A stretch of 63,301 nucleotides of DNA, the filler included, from Octopus bimaculoides (lineage: Eukaryota): the NCBI RefSeq assembly GCF_001194135.2. It is 5 parts of 3 records of this genome, joined end to end, with 100 filler letters (N's around TTAATTAATTAA, not from the genome) between each part and the next. Parts side by side here need not be neighbours in the genome. Positions count along the whole stretch, not along the records: positions 1 to 20,339 come from NC_068987.1; 4 more parts are not named here. One strand, written 5' to 3'. Each line of letters opens with the position of its first letter. Position 1 is the first letter of the stretch. Made by a program: the position numbers and the translations under genes. The notes under the pieces are model-generated. The model had not been told where the DNA came from and did not search any database. It saw only the letters and a program-made list of their open reading frames with translations. Positions 1 to 12,300 of the stretch are shown in pieces.

Positions 1-46
<46 letters not shown>

Positions 47-101
47 TGTGTGTGTATGTGTCTCTGTGTATCTATTCATATTTATTTGTTTTATTTTATA
101 G

Positions 102-174
102 CCCTTTCTCCATGAAAGAGATGATATTTATGATCCAAGTGGTTACATGACTTCAAACGGCAATAGTGTTTGGG
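102..174 (+). CDS. candidate exon of unidentified plus-strand gene (PFLHERDDIYDPSGYMTSNGNSVW)
   Basis: ttttatag acceptor, gtaagt donor, one open frame, phase 0-1; no homology recognised. Confidence 0.5.
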
Positions 175-1592
175 GTAAGTAACTTCAGGTTTTCCACAAA
201 GAGGGCAAACTTTCTTTTATATAACTATGTTTTGAAAATCATAGATTTGATGATTCTTTAATTAGAAATGTTTAATTCGTTTGTTATTGCTTTACCATTG
301 TTTTACCCAGGTTTATGCTTAGTGCTAACTACTGAACTGTGAAGTAATAATACTGTTTCTTACTTATGGTCAGTTAAATAGACTGGAATAGGTAGAAACT
401 TTGAAGTGATGTTTTAGTTTAGTTTACTAGTTTCACTCATAGAAATATATCCATAATGGTATACCATCCCTGTGGGGTATAGTTCATTGATTTGCACACA
501 TTTTGAATGACTTTGAAACAATTAAAAGTAAAGCTGACCTAGGTAGGATTTGAACTTAAATGGCTGTTACTAAATGCTGCCATACGGGACTTTCTTCAAT
601 GCCTTACTGTCATTCACTACCTAATATTTTTTCTTAACCTGGATTAACATTACATTGCACTTGATTACCACAGTTTGGTAGTTGCAACACTGTGAAGAAA
701 ATCTTTTTACTTTGTAAATTGAGTTTTGTTAATAGCAGAATTGTTAGAGCATTAAAGAAAATACCTTGTATAATAGTTGACTGTGATCCTGTGTTTTCAG
801 TTCGAATTCTGTTGCAGGTCTGTTTTGTCTTTCTGAAGTCATTAAACAATTACCAGCTGGTAAATATATGTACAACAGTTTGATGTAAATGACCACAGTC
901 CAAAACAAAAGAAATGAAAGGAAATGTTGAAGATATAACCAGGCATGATCCTGATTCAATTTCTCAAGAACTTTTTTCCTACTCTACATTTCTTGTATAA
1001 TGATAAATGTGTCTCACTTTCAAAACAATAATTATTTTTTGTTGTATAATATTACTTATATGTATACATTAATGTATGATATTATATGTATATATTACTG
1101 TATAATATTATATATATTATAATAATATATATATTACTCATCATCATCATTTAACAGACATCTTCTCTACTGTCAATGGGTTGGATAGTTCAACAGGATC
1201 TGGCGAAGGTCTTTCTAGAGCTTTGTTGCCTTTGGCATGGTCTCTATGGCTTGATCCCCTTCCTCATGCCAACCACTTTACTGAGTGTATTGGGTACTTT
1301 TTGTGACACCTGCATTAGTGAAGTCACCCAGTAACTCACAAGGCAAGACCCTTCAATGGAGTGGGGCTTCAGTGAAGAGGAAGACAGCTTTATGCAAGGT
1401 ATTGAGAGGTTAATAAACCCGTCAATACCAGGTTAATAAAGCATGATAGAGGGACAGGAACCAGTGTTTTGCTGTAGAGGAGATACATGAGTACTCCAGC
1501 TAGAAAGACTGAAAAGCGATGGTAGTGAGAATGTTAGGGTGTATTAATTAATGTCTCCATTTGACTATTGAAATGAATATGTGTTGTTTCAG

Positions 1593-1726
1593 ATGATTCT
1601 GTTCTGGCCAAATCAGAAAGTCTTTTTACAAGAAATGACATAGATTACCAAACCTATTCAATGGATCAAGAAAGCGACTCTCCTCATCCTGTTGATGATA
1701 TTTACAAGTATTTCCCTCCAGCTGAG
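1593..1726 (+). CDS. candidate exon (DDSVLAKSESLFTRNDIDYQTYSMDQESDSPHPVDDIYKYFPPAE)
   Basis: gtttcag/gtcagt, open frame, phase 1-0, compatible with exon 102-174. Confidence 0.55.
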
Positions 1727-1880
1727 GTCAGTAATATCATACTGTTTTAACCATCAATATCACAAATTAGTCCAATACCTTAATACCTTTTATAGTGGTC
1801 AGTTCTTTTGTTTTTTTATGTTTGAAATGAAATTTTGAGGTCTGTTCAGATTCTTAAAAATGGCTCTATATGCTGTTTAA

Positions 1881-2912
1881 CCCTTTCGTTACTAACCCGG
1901 CCGTAGCCGGCCGAGAGTACCCATTGTTATTTAAATGTATATTTGAACCCAAATCTCGTTAGTACATTTGTTAAAATACCTGATTTCACTTTGCAAACAG
2001 TTGAGTTATTGTATCCGACATTGTTTGGCATGATATTTGAACTCAGTGAATTTTGGAAGATTTTTTTCCACATTTTTTGCGGCGTTAATTTTTTTCAACT
2101 TTGAAGATGGAGAGGAGTTTCATGCTATCAAGCAGTGATTCCGAATTTGAAGGTTTTTCAACAGAAGATATGGAGATATCGAAGAAAAGAATGAATGAGC
2201 TACAAAAGCACGTGGTNNNNNNNNNNNNNNNNNNNNNNNNNNNNNNNNNNNNNNNNNNNNNNNNNNNNNNNNNNNNNNNNNNNNNNNNNNNNNNNNNNNN
2301 NNNNNNNNNNNNNNNNNNNNNNNNNNNNNNNNNNNNNNNNNNNNNNNNNNNNNNNNNNNNNNNNNNNNNNNNNNNNNNNNNNNNNNNNNNNNNNNNNNNN
2401 NNNNNNNNNNNNNNNNNNNNNNNNNNNNNNNNNNNNNNNNNNNNNNNNNNNNNNNNNNNNNNNNNNNNNNNNNNNNNNNNNNNNNNNNNNNNNNNNNNNN
2501 NNNNNNNNNNNNNNNNNNNNNNNNNNNNNNNNNNNNNNNNNNNNNNNNNNNNNNNNNNNNNNNNNNNNATTAGACAGTTACCCAGAATAACAAATTACTG
2601 GAGCAATCAGGAACCTTTTGACGATGAATATATTTCCAGTATTATGAACGAGTATGATTTGTGAAGCTGAACCAATATTTACATGTGAGAGACACTAGCA
2701 GTACCCCAGTACGTGAACTTTCAGACAAAAATTATGCAATAGAATTGATTAAGAACCCTTTCTTTAATTATGTTCCAAATATCACATTAATATGTTGATA
2801 AATAAAAAAGTTACAAGTGTTTAATGAGACTAGTCTAAATTCATGATTATTTTAGAATTTAATTGAAACTGATGAGGGGTGTATTTTGGTCAGAAATATA
2901 GTAACGAAAGAG
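1881..2912 (+). mobile_element. internally deleted piggyBac transposon
   Basis: TTAA on both flanks (1877-1880, 2913-2916); TIR CCCTTTCGTTACTA / TAGTAACGAAAGAG; transposase remnants SSDSEFEGF and LPRITNYWS...YISSIM. Confidence 0.85.
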
Positions 2913-3049
2913 TTAAAAGTCAATATTTATTTCATCATCAAGTGGGGTATATTTTTGTTGAATGGAGTAAGGCCATGTGATTAAGTTTATTTTACAATTA
3001 GGTAGTTTTGCTTTCGATACTGAATGAGTGTTTTCTACCATTGTCTCAG

Positions 3050-3106
3050 GTCAATCCAAACTTCGTCAGTGAAATTGTTTCAGCAGAAACTGTAACGAAG
3101 TTTTAG
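3050..3106 (+). CDS. candidate terminal coding exon (VNPNFVSEIVSAETVTKF*)
   Basis: tgtctcag acceptor, phase 0 compatible with exon 1593-1726, stop TAG at 3104-3106. Confidence 0.4.
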   Translation, partial: VNPNFVSEIVSAETVTKF

Positions 3107-3225
3107 TTCGTGGATGTTAGGACCAATCCATTGTCTGCTATAAGTCTTAAATTCCTTTAGCTGATTCCATTCCACTGCAGACATTCATATGGGATCACCT
3201 ACCAGAAGATAGCTCAGTACCTTAA

Positions 3226-3311
3226 CCCTTTCGTTACTATATTTCTGACCAAAATACACCCCTCATGAGTTTCAATTAAATTCTAAAATAATCATGAATT
3301 TAGACTAATGT

Positions 3312-3342
<31 letters not shown>

Positions 3343-4310
3343 TCTTGATATTCTTTCAGAGCAAGTCGTTTTACATCTATTACACTATTTTTCTTTTGTT
3401 TCTTGGCTCCGGTGAGGTGTCTCGGNNNNNNNNNNNNNNNNNNNNNNNNNNNNNNNNNNNNNNNNNNNNNNNNNNNNNNNNNNNNNNNNNNNNNNNNNNN
3501 NNNNNNNNNNNNNNNNNNNNNNNNNNNNNNNNNNNNNNNNNNNNNNNNNNNNNNNNNNNNNNNNNNNNNNNNNNNNNNNNNNNNNNNNNNNNNNNNNNNN
3601 NNNNNNNNNNNNNNNNNNNNNNNNNNNNNNNNNNNNNNNNNNNNNNNNNNNNNNNNNNNNNNNNNNNNNNNNNNNNNNNNNNNNNNNNNNTTGTCACCGG
3701 GTCAAACGCCTTAGTTTGACCGCCCTGGTTATTGTATGGACGTGATAAATTCCAAGTCACATCGTACCCTAGGCCATGCTGACTAACATTATTGTCTCTT
3801 TTCCCTGTATAAAAGCTAAATCCACAGCAGTACCCAGTATTTGTCTCACAAATTTTCCAAACTTTGATCCCCCATTTTGTGGGCTTTCCTGGCATATACT
3901 GTCGGAAGCGTACTCTTCCTTTATACCCCACCATACCCTCATCGACGGATAAGTATCTCTCAGGCTTGTAAAATGTTTTATATGCATTTTGAACGCAGTC
4001 GATGAGGGGTCTTATTTTAAATAAGGGATCAAAGCTTGGTTCTCCACGTACTGAGGGTACTGCTAGTGTCTCTCACATGCTATCTTTTTTTCCAGCTTGT
4101 TTACATTCTGTGTAATGGTTTGTTTCCGCGGTAATCATTTCAAACAAGCATGCTGGAAAAAATAAGAAAAAGAAGTCTAAAGGTTTCGCTTCCTAGACCC
4201 TGTCTCCTCAGAAAAATTGTTAATAAAAATATTTTTAAAATCTTTACTCCATTCTGGTGTAAAATCATTCTGGTGTAAAATCATCCTCGTTGCTTTCAGA
4301 GTCACTGCTT
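3226..4310 (-). mobile_element. piggyBac (PGBD4-like) transposase remnant, left end lost at an RTE junction
   Basis: TTAA + CCCTTTCGTTACTAT at 3222. Minus strand reads DPLFKIRPLID...YLSVDEGMVGYKGRVRFRQYMPGKPTKWGIKVW (first catalytic D region). Same family as 1881-2912. Confidence 0.88.
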
Positions 4311-6435
4311 AAAATATCTGGCAGTGTAGGCTATAACCTTATAGTTAACCAGGTGATACATGAAGGAGTCATACCCAGTGACTGGTGTAGCAGCACCATA
4401 TTCAACTGCTACAAAGGTAAAGGTGACACCTTAGATAGAATTAATTACTGAGGTTTCAAATTGTTGGATCAGGTGAGGAAAATCATGGAGAGGGTCATAG
4501 CCCAACTAATTAGGGAGAGAGTCAGTCTAGATGAGATGCAGTTTGGGTTTGTGCCAGGGAGAAGTACCACTGGTACTATATTTTTAAGACAGCTGCAGGA
4601 GAAATTCCTAGCCAAGGATAAACCTCTGCACCTGGCTTTTGTTGACATGGAGAAAGCCTTTGATAGCGTCCCCTGATCACTTATCTGGTGGTTAATGCAG
4701 AAACTAGGGATAGATGAATGATTGGTGAGAGCTGTACAAGCTATGTACAGGGATGCTGTCAGTAAGGTGAAGGTTGGCAACAAATATAGTGAAGAATTCA
4801 GGGTACAAGTAGGGGTTCACCAAGGATTAGTCTTCAGCCCCCTCTTATTCATCATAACAGAGAAATTCAAGATAGGCTGCCCCTGGGAACTCCTCTATGC
4901 TGATGACCTTCCTCTAATAGCTGAGTCACAATTAGAACTAGAGCAGTTCCAGGTGTGGAAGCAAGGTCTAGAACTGAAGGGCCTTAGAATTAATCTAGCA
5001 AAAACCAAAGTCTTAGTAAGGCGGACAAATCAAAAATCCCTTCAGGTAGACGGCTCTGCTTGATCTGTAGAAAAGGCATAAGTAGAAATTCCATAAGATG
5101 TACTTGGTATAAGCTATAGACATATGAGATGTGCAGCAATAACAAAAGAAGGTTAGCTGGGAAGATAGTTTTTGTGTGTGGCAGATGCACAGGTGCAATA
5201 AACACGAAAAATGTGCAGAAAACAGGTTCTATCACATGCCAGGGGGAAAAACTAGAAGTAGTTGATAGCTTCCGTTACCTAGGTGATCAAGTCGGTAGAT
5301 GAGGTGGATGCTCTAAGAGTGTAGCTGCTAGAATAAGAATAACCTGGGCAAAGTACAGAGAGCTCTTACCTCTGCTAGTAACAAAGAACCTCTCACTCAG
5401 AGTGAAAGATAGACTGTATGGTGCCTGTGTGTGAACAGCCATGCTACACGGCAGTGAAACATGGGCTGCGACTGCTGAAGACATGCCTAGACTTGAAAGA
5501 AATGAAACCCGTATGCTCCATTGGATGTATAATGTCAGTGTGCATACACTACAGACTGTAAGCACCCTGAGAGAAAAGTTGGACATAGGAAGCATCAAAT
5601 GTGGTTTGCAAGAGAAGCGAATGTTCTGGTATGGTCATGTGATGTATATGGATGAAGACAGCTGTATGAAGAAGTGTCACACCCTAACAGTTGAGGGAAA
5701 CTGTGGAAGAAGTAGACCCAGGAAGACATGGGATGAGGTGGTGAAGCACAACCTTCTAATGTTGGGCCTTACAGATGCAATGACAAATGACCGAGACCTT
5801 TGGAGATATACCATACTTGAGAAGACCTAACACACCAAGTGAGATTGTAGTCGTGACTGATGCCAGTGTCACATAACTGGTCTATTTAGAAACACCCTTC
5901 AATTGTTGGCTGATATGGCATACTTGTGAAGACCTGATGAACTGAGTGAAATCGTAGTCATGACCAATGCTAGTGCCACTTAACTGGCACTCATGCCGGT
6001 GGCATGTAAAATACACCATTTGAGTGTGGCCAGTGCCAGTGCCAGTGCCACTGCTGGTGGAATGTGAAAAGCATCATTCGAGTATGGCTGATGCCAGTAC
6101 CACCTGCCTGGCACCTGTGCTAGTGGCACATAAAAGACACCATTCAAGCATGACTGATGCCAGTGCCACCTGAGTGGCACTCGTGCCACCTGAGTGGCAC
6201 TCGTGCCACTGGCATGTACAAAGCACCATATGAGCGTGGTCGATGCCAATGCTGCCTGACTGGCTCACGTGCCAGTGGCATGTAAAAAGCACCCACTACA
6301 CTCTTGGAGTGGTTGGCATTAGGAAAGGCATCCAGCTGTAGAAACCTTGCCAAATCAGATTGAAGCCTGGTGCAGCCTCCCAGCTCACCAGTACTTAGTT
6401 AAACAATCCAACCCATGCTAGCATGGAAAGGGTAT
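4307..6435 (+). mobile_element. 5'-truncated RTE-clade LINE (degenerate reverse transcriptase plus 3' UTR)
   Basis: QFGFVPGRSTT, FVDMEKAFDSVP, GVHQG...SPLLF, LLYADDL, LHGSETW, GRSRPRKTW; many stops and frameshifts; conserved tail ...CCAACCCATGCTAGCATGG. Confidence 0.93.
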
Positions 6436-7044
6436 GTTCAATGAAGATAATACTCCAATTTCTGATGGAATATTCTGTAAGATACATTCATGGCATTCCT
6501 CTTTAGTTTTTAATAACTTAAAATATCTCCTTGTATGGAGATAACCTGTTACTTTTTATAAGGAGTCGGAACTGATTTGAATTGCTTTCATCCATTTGTT
6601 CATGACACTAGGAGAAATATTTTCCATTGGTCTGAAAATTGTTGCTATTTTCATTTGCTTCCAAAAGTAACTATATTAAAATAAAGAAAAACATCCAACT
6701 GCTTTAATACTTTCTGAGGTATGTTAGGCAAGGAATTTGATTTATATTTTGAACAGATATCATAGGATTTTGGTAGCCTTATAGGTTATTAAAATTTATT
6801 GCTGTTATATTCATTTTTCCTTTATGGTTAATAATATTAAAATTTGTGAATGAGGAAAGACTTTTGGTAAGTATTTACTATAAACAATAATAAAAAAGTA
6901 AATTTAAAACCACATATGTTTGAAATAGCCGTGTTAGTATTCTCTCTGGTTATTACATTTGACTTTTTTCAGTCATCTTATTTCAAGCATTTAAAATATT
7001 TTTGTAATGTTCTCATCACCCCTATTTTTAATTTTTTCATTCAG

Positions 7045-7170
7045 GATATTCATCAACTGTGCAATAGTCAAGAAAATGAATTGACTTGGCAGTTCGACAA
7101 TGATTATCCATCCCACAATTCTGACAATACTCCTGGTCAGGGTAGAGTAGTAAAATCACAAGGAAATGGG
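7045..7170 (+). CDS. candidate exon (DIHQLCNSQENELTWQFDNDYPSHNSDNTPGQGRVVKSQGNG)
   Basis: Strong ttttttcattcag acceptor and gtaagt donor, 126 nt, phase 0-0; may belong to the same gene or a different one. Confidence 0.5.
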
Positions 7171-8384
7171 GTAAGTTTCTTACCAAGTTTTATTTTCATA
7201 AAACTGGAAGAATATTCAGCAATCAAATTAATAAAGCTTTTCGCTGTTTTTAATAATTCACTAATTCATTACCATAACAAGCTACCAAATAATTCTAAAA
7301 CACTGAGCTGATCAGAGAGAACCTATAGTTCTATTTTCAGTTTTTTTCTACAAAGGACCATCATCTTCATAGTGATTTTATTTTTATACTTTGAAACAAA
7401 GTTATAATTGCATAATAAAAGGTTTTAGACAACTGGAATTACAACAGTGAATATATGTATGTGTATACATTAATAGTACTGAATAAAATATTGAAATAAT
7501 TAAGCAAGTTGATAAATGCAGCTATAAGTTCTAATAATAATAATATCCATTTAGCTTTGGTTCGAATTTTTCAATTATATATCCGTCTTCTAATGCTACA
7601 CTCTGTTTTTAAAGAAGGAATAATTTTGAAAGTTTCACCACTACAGTTATCCAGATCTTCACTTAATGAAATTTTTCTGTAATGTCTTATGTGTTATGTG
7701 ACTTTAGAAAGTTCATTAAGTAAAAATATTTTGGAAAATTTATCCCTTTTGTTATTATATTTCTAACCAAAATACACCCTTTATGTGTTTCAATTAAATT
7801 CTCAAATAATTGTGAATTTAGACCAGTTTTATAAAACAGTTCTAACGTTTTTATTTATCAACATATCAATGTGATTTTTGGAACATAATTTAACAAAATG
7901 TTTTCAATCAAATCTGTTTCATAATTTTTGTCTCAAAGCAAATTTAATTACAGATAAATTCAACAAAATACAACATTATTTAAAGTTTGTTAATACATCA
8001 GTATAGAAAATGAGTTATTTGCTAATATTCAATGAATATACAATAAAATTTTAATAGAGAAGAATTGTGCAGAATACTGGATTTTCTATTAGTTTGAACT
8101 TAATACTCATAAGACAGGTGTACTATAAAGGAAACTAGAAAGAAGTAGGTGTACCATAAAGGTAAAACGGAATGAAATACTGAAACTGTCTTTGAAGAAA
8201 ACTAAAAAATGAAATTGACGCCAACAACTAAATGAAATAAATTCCCATGCATACATTAATACACAGAAACACATTTATTACAGAATTTTTGATACTTCAA
8301 ATGAATCAAATACAGGTAAATGAAAAATAAAAGCTTGGTAAACTTGAAAAATAATTATAAATTAAATTTATATACATATGTAAA

Positions 8385-8757
8385 TGGTTATGTGTTAGGT
8401 AGCTTGTTTACCAACCACATGGTTCCAGGTTCAGTCCCATTGCGTGACACCTTGGGTAAGTGTCTTCTACTATAGCCTTGGGCCAACCAAGCCTTGTGAG
8501 TGGATTTGATGGGCAGAAACTGAAAGAAGCCTGTTATGTGTGTTTGTGTGGATATGGTTGTGTGTCTGTGTGTGCCCTCCACCATCACTTCACAACTGAT
8601 GTTGGTGTGTTTACATCCCCATAACTTTGCAGTTCGGCAAAAAAGACTGATAGAATAGGCACTAGGCTTACGAAGAATAAGTCCTGGGGTCGATTTGTTT
8701 GACTAAAGGCAGTGCTCCAGCATGGCTGCAGTCAAATGTCTGAAACAAATAAAAGAA
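8385..8757 (+). mobile_element. tRNA-type SINE with central (TG)n
   Basis: Head ...CCAACCACATGGTTCCAGGTTCAGTCCC, tail CCAGCATGGCTGCAGTCAAATG.CTGAAAC; related copies at about 33460-33800(-), 43238-43520(-), 61180-61310(+). Confidence 0.75.
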
Positions 8758-8994
8758 AAAAAAGAGAATATATAGTATATGTTCACTGACAGAAGGTAGA
8801 ATAATTTGGGGGTTATAACCTGTAAATGGGTCTGGCTACAGTTGACAGTGAATATAGAACATAAATTAAAATAATGAAGGATAAAGAATAAAACCTACCA
8901 AAGGATACGAATTGAATGTTAAAAGGAAGAAGGATAGGTGTACACTCATTGATATGAACACATATATAGATGTATATAGACATACACACACGTC

Positions 8995-9281
8995 CTCATG
9001 CCACCAAGGGAGTATCATTTAATGTGGTCATAAATAACCAAGATGTTTGTATTAGAGGCAAGCAGATAAATAGTGTCTAACTCCCTGCTACATAGCAAAT
9101 TCTACAATCAGTTACAGATGACTAGACCAGCATGTTTGGGGATGGTTTCGCGGACACACTCACACATACACAAGTATTTATATATATATACATAGACACA
9201 CACTCATGCATATATTTAGCAGTATGTTGGCACATGCCAAACTCACATTTACAAGTATTTACATACATATACAGATACATG

Positions 9282-9322
<41 letters not shown>

Positions 9323-12300
9323 TCACATACAGGGCCCCATATACGTATAAGTATTTACATATGCACGTAGACCATTCATAAGTATTTATTTCTGTGCATC
9401 TACATATATATTTACACATAGGGGCCCACGTGTAAAACGTCTATATTCCAGGCATGTAATAACACCTCATGAAGTGTATCTAAATGCTTACTGTTCCGGG
9501 CACACACCCATGCAGATATATTTATATGTGCATATACATAGCTGTATTTTTGCATTGACATATGTCAGTGACACATAAACTCACTCCCATGGTGATGTAT
9601 ATAAACAGACAATAATTACAGTACATAGTGTATAAAATGGAATTACATGGATTGTACATGGAATTATATGGATAGTTAGTAGGTCTTTGTGTAGGTAGTC
9701 TAGGACTGTATGGTCTGTCCATATGAGTCAGGATACAAAATTCACTGGCACAATGACATACAACTTATAACATAATATATTGCATATATCATACTGTGCT
9801 TGGGATTTACCTGTTTTTTTTATATGTACATTGGTATATATTTTTGTCACATCAAAATTAGTTTACAAGGACATATATTCAGGGCAGTGTACAGTCAGTA
9901 TTAATCATTGGATTATTCAGTGGTATAGGCTCCAAGGTTTGGCAGGTTGTTTTGACTTGGGGTGGGGGGAGAGTGTAACTTATTTAACTGTTGTGTTTCT
10001 GTAGTTAATGTGTAATCCTTATCTACTGTTTCTATCGTAATGTGCAAATGTATGTTTGTTTGTGTGCAAACATTTTACCGAGCTCTCTGAAAATCTATTA
10101 ATAATCCTATCCTTGGTCAACAGTATGGACAACGATTCCTTGAAACATTGATGGCTTTCCTTGGAATATTGATGGCTTTCCTTGGAACATTGTTGGCATT
10201 TCCTGGACTCTTATGTCTTACTATTGACCAAGTCAAGTCATATTTAACCTTCTTGTCTTTCAGTTTCCAGATGAAATTGTCCAGTGATGTTGAGTATCTT
10301 TTGTTGACTGTTTTGAAACTGGCGATGTGGTTTCTATATCGATTTTTGAAAATATCAACAGATGTACCAATATACACATACAGGCCTTCTCTGATGTTCA
10401 TGGTGCATTTATATATTACATTATGACTTGTACAGAGGTTCTGCAGAGGACATTTAGTTTTGTCCCTGCATGAACATTTGTTATCAACTGTCATTTTTCG
10501 ATGTGTACTGCCCATAGCTTTCACCCCTGTTTTAGGTCCAGTTTTACTGTTAGCTTACTTGTTGTTATTTTTATGTATTTGTTGGTATTGTTTGTCAGGT
10601 TGTTGTGACTATTATGGGCTAGGTGGTTATTATTATTGTTTATTGAGTCACTAGATGGTTGGGAACCTATTGTTTAGGTTGCTCAACTGCTGACTTAATT
10701 TCCCATTGTTTATCATATGTATATGGTGCTGTAAGTTGGATGAATTAGTGTATAACACCGTCAATGAGATACTCAGACTGCACAAGTCACAAACTTGGTC
10801 AGGGTCTACATCCTATTGCTAATCCAGTCCTCATTCCCGGGAATCGATGGAGGTTTGTATAGGGACGATGCTCTATTCTTCCTCAATAGATGTAGTAAAG
10901 CTGAGATAGAAAGGCACAAAAACACTTTTCTTTTTAAAAATCTTTGGACTTTCTGTCACTATTGATAATGAACACCATAGAGTGAATTTCTTAGATGCCA
11001 CATTCAGCTTAAATATCGGATTGTATGAGCCCTTTCATAAGCCCAATGGAAACATAAGGTATATAAACATACGATCCAATCACCTACCATCTATAATAAA
11101 AGGATTAGTCAATAATATATCCACTAGAAAATATCCAGGCTATCTGCAAATGAGGAAATTTTCAATAAGCATGCACCCTACTATAATGCCACTTTAGCCA
11201 CAACCAGTCACAGAGTGAAAATTCAATACACATCTAAAAATAATAATATAGACAATTCTGAGAACAATGGTACGAAAAACAACACATGCCACACAACAAG
11301 AAATGAGCACCCTAATGGGACCGACTGAAATTGTGGAAATAGGCCAACTAAAGAAAGAATATGAACACTAATGAAAGAAATGAGACTACTAGAGACATAC
11401 TCCCCAATATTACAACAAAACACAGCATATCAAATAGTCATGATACCTCACCTTACACCAGAACAAATAAACCTAACAGCAAATATAAAAAAAAACAAGA
11501 CATTCTCTGGTACAACAAAATTTAGAGATCATATGTCTCATCAAGGATTGCAAAGGAGTTCTTCATAACACTAGATTGATGCTTCTCGAAATCTAGTAAA
11601 TATAGTTAGATATTTAATTGGCACACTGTGAAAGTGTCATACACTCATTCATCTAACTTAGAGCACCATATACATATGATAAACAATAGGAAATTAAATT
11701 AGCGGCCCCCAACCATGGACTAGGGTCCATCTAGTGACTCAATAAACAACAATAATAATAACCATCTAGCCCATAATAGTCACAACTTGACAAACAATAC
11801 TAACAAACCCAGAAAAAAGAACAACAAGTGAGCTAACAGTAAAACTGAACCTAAAACAAGGGCGAAAGCTATGGGCAGTACATATGAAAAAAATAACAGT
11901 CGATAACAAATGTTTGTTCTGGGACAAAACTAAATGTCCTCTGCAGAACCTCTGTACAAGTCATAATGTAATATATAAATGGACCATGAACACCAGAAGA
12001 GACCTGTATGTGTATACTGGTGCATCTGCTGATATTTTCTAAAATTGATATAGAAACCACATCGCCAGCTTCAAAAAGTCAACAAAAGACACTCAACATC
12101 ACTGGCTAATTTCATCTGGAAACTGAAAGATGAGAAGGTTAAATATGACTTGACTTGGTCAATAATAAGATATGCAAGTCTAGGAAATGCCAACTGTATT
12201 CCAAGGAATATCAACTATGTTCAAAGGAATGCCAACTATGTTCCAAGGAATCATTGTCCATACTGTTGACCAAGGATAGGATTATTAATAGATTTTCAGA

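Noticed and set aside
10117-10524. Possible selenocysteine (UGA) recoding as reported for some Naiad elements
   Set aside because: All zinc-motif positions are ordinary Cys codons in this copy, and no SECIS was recognised
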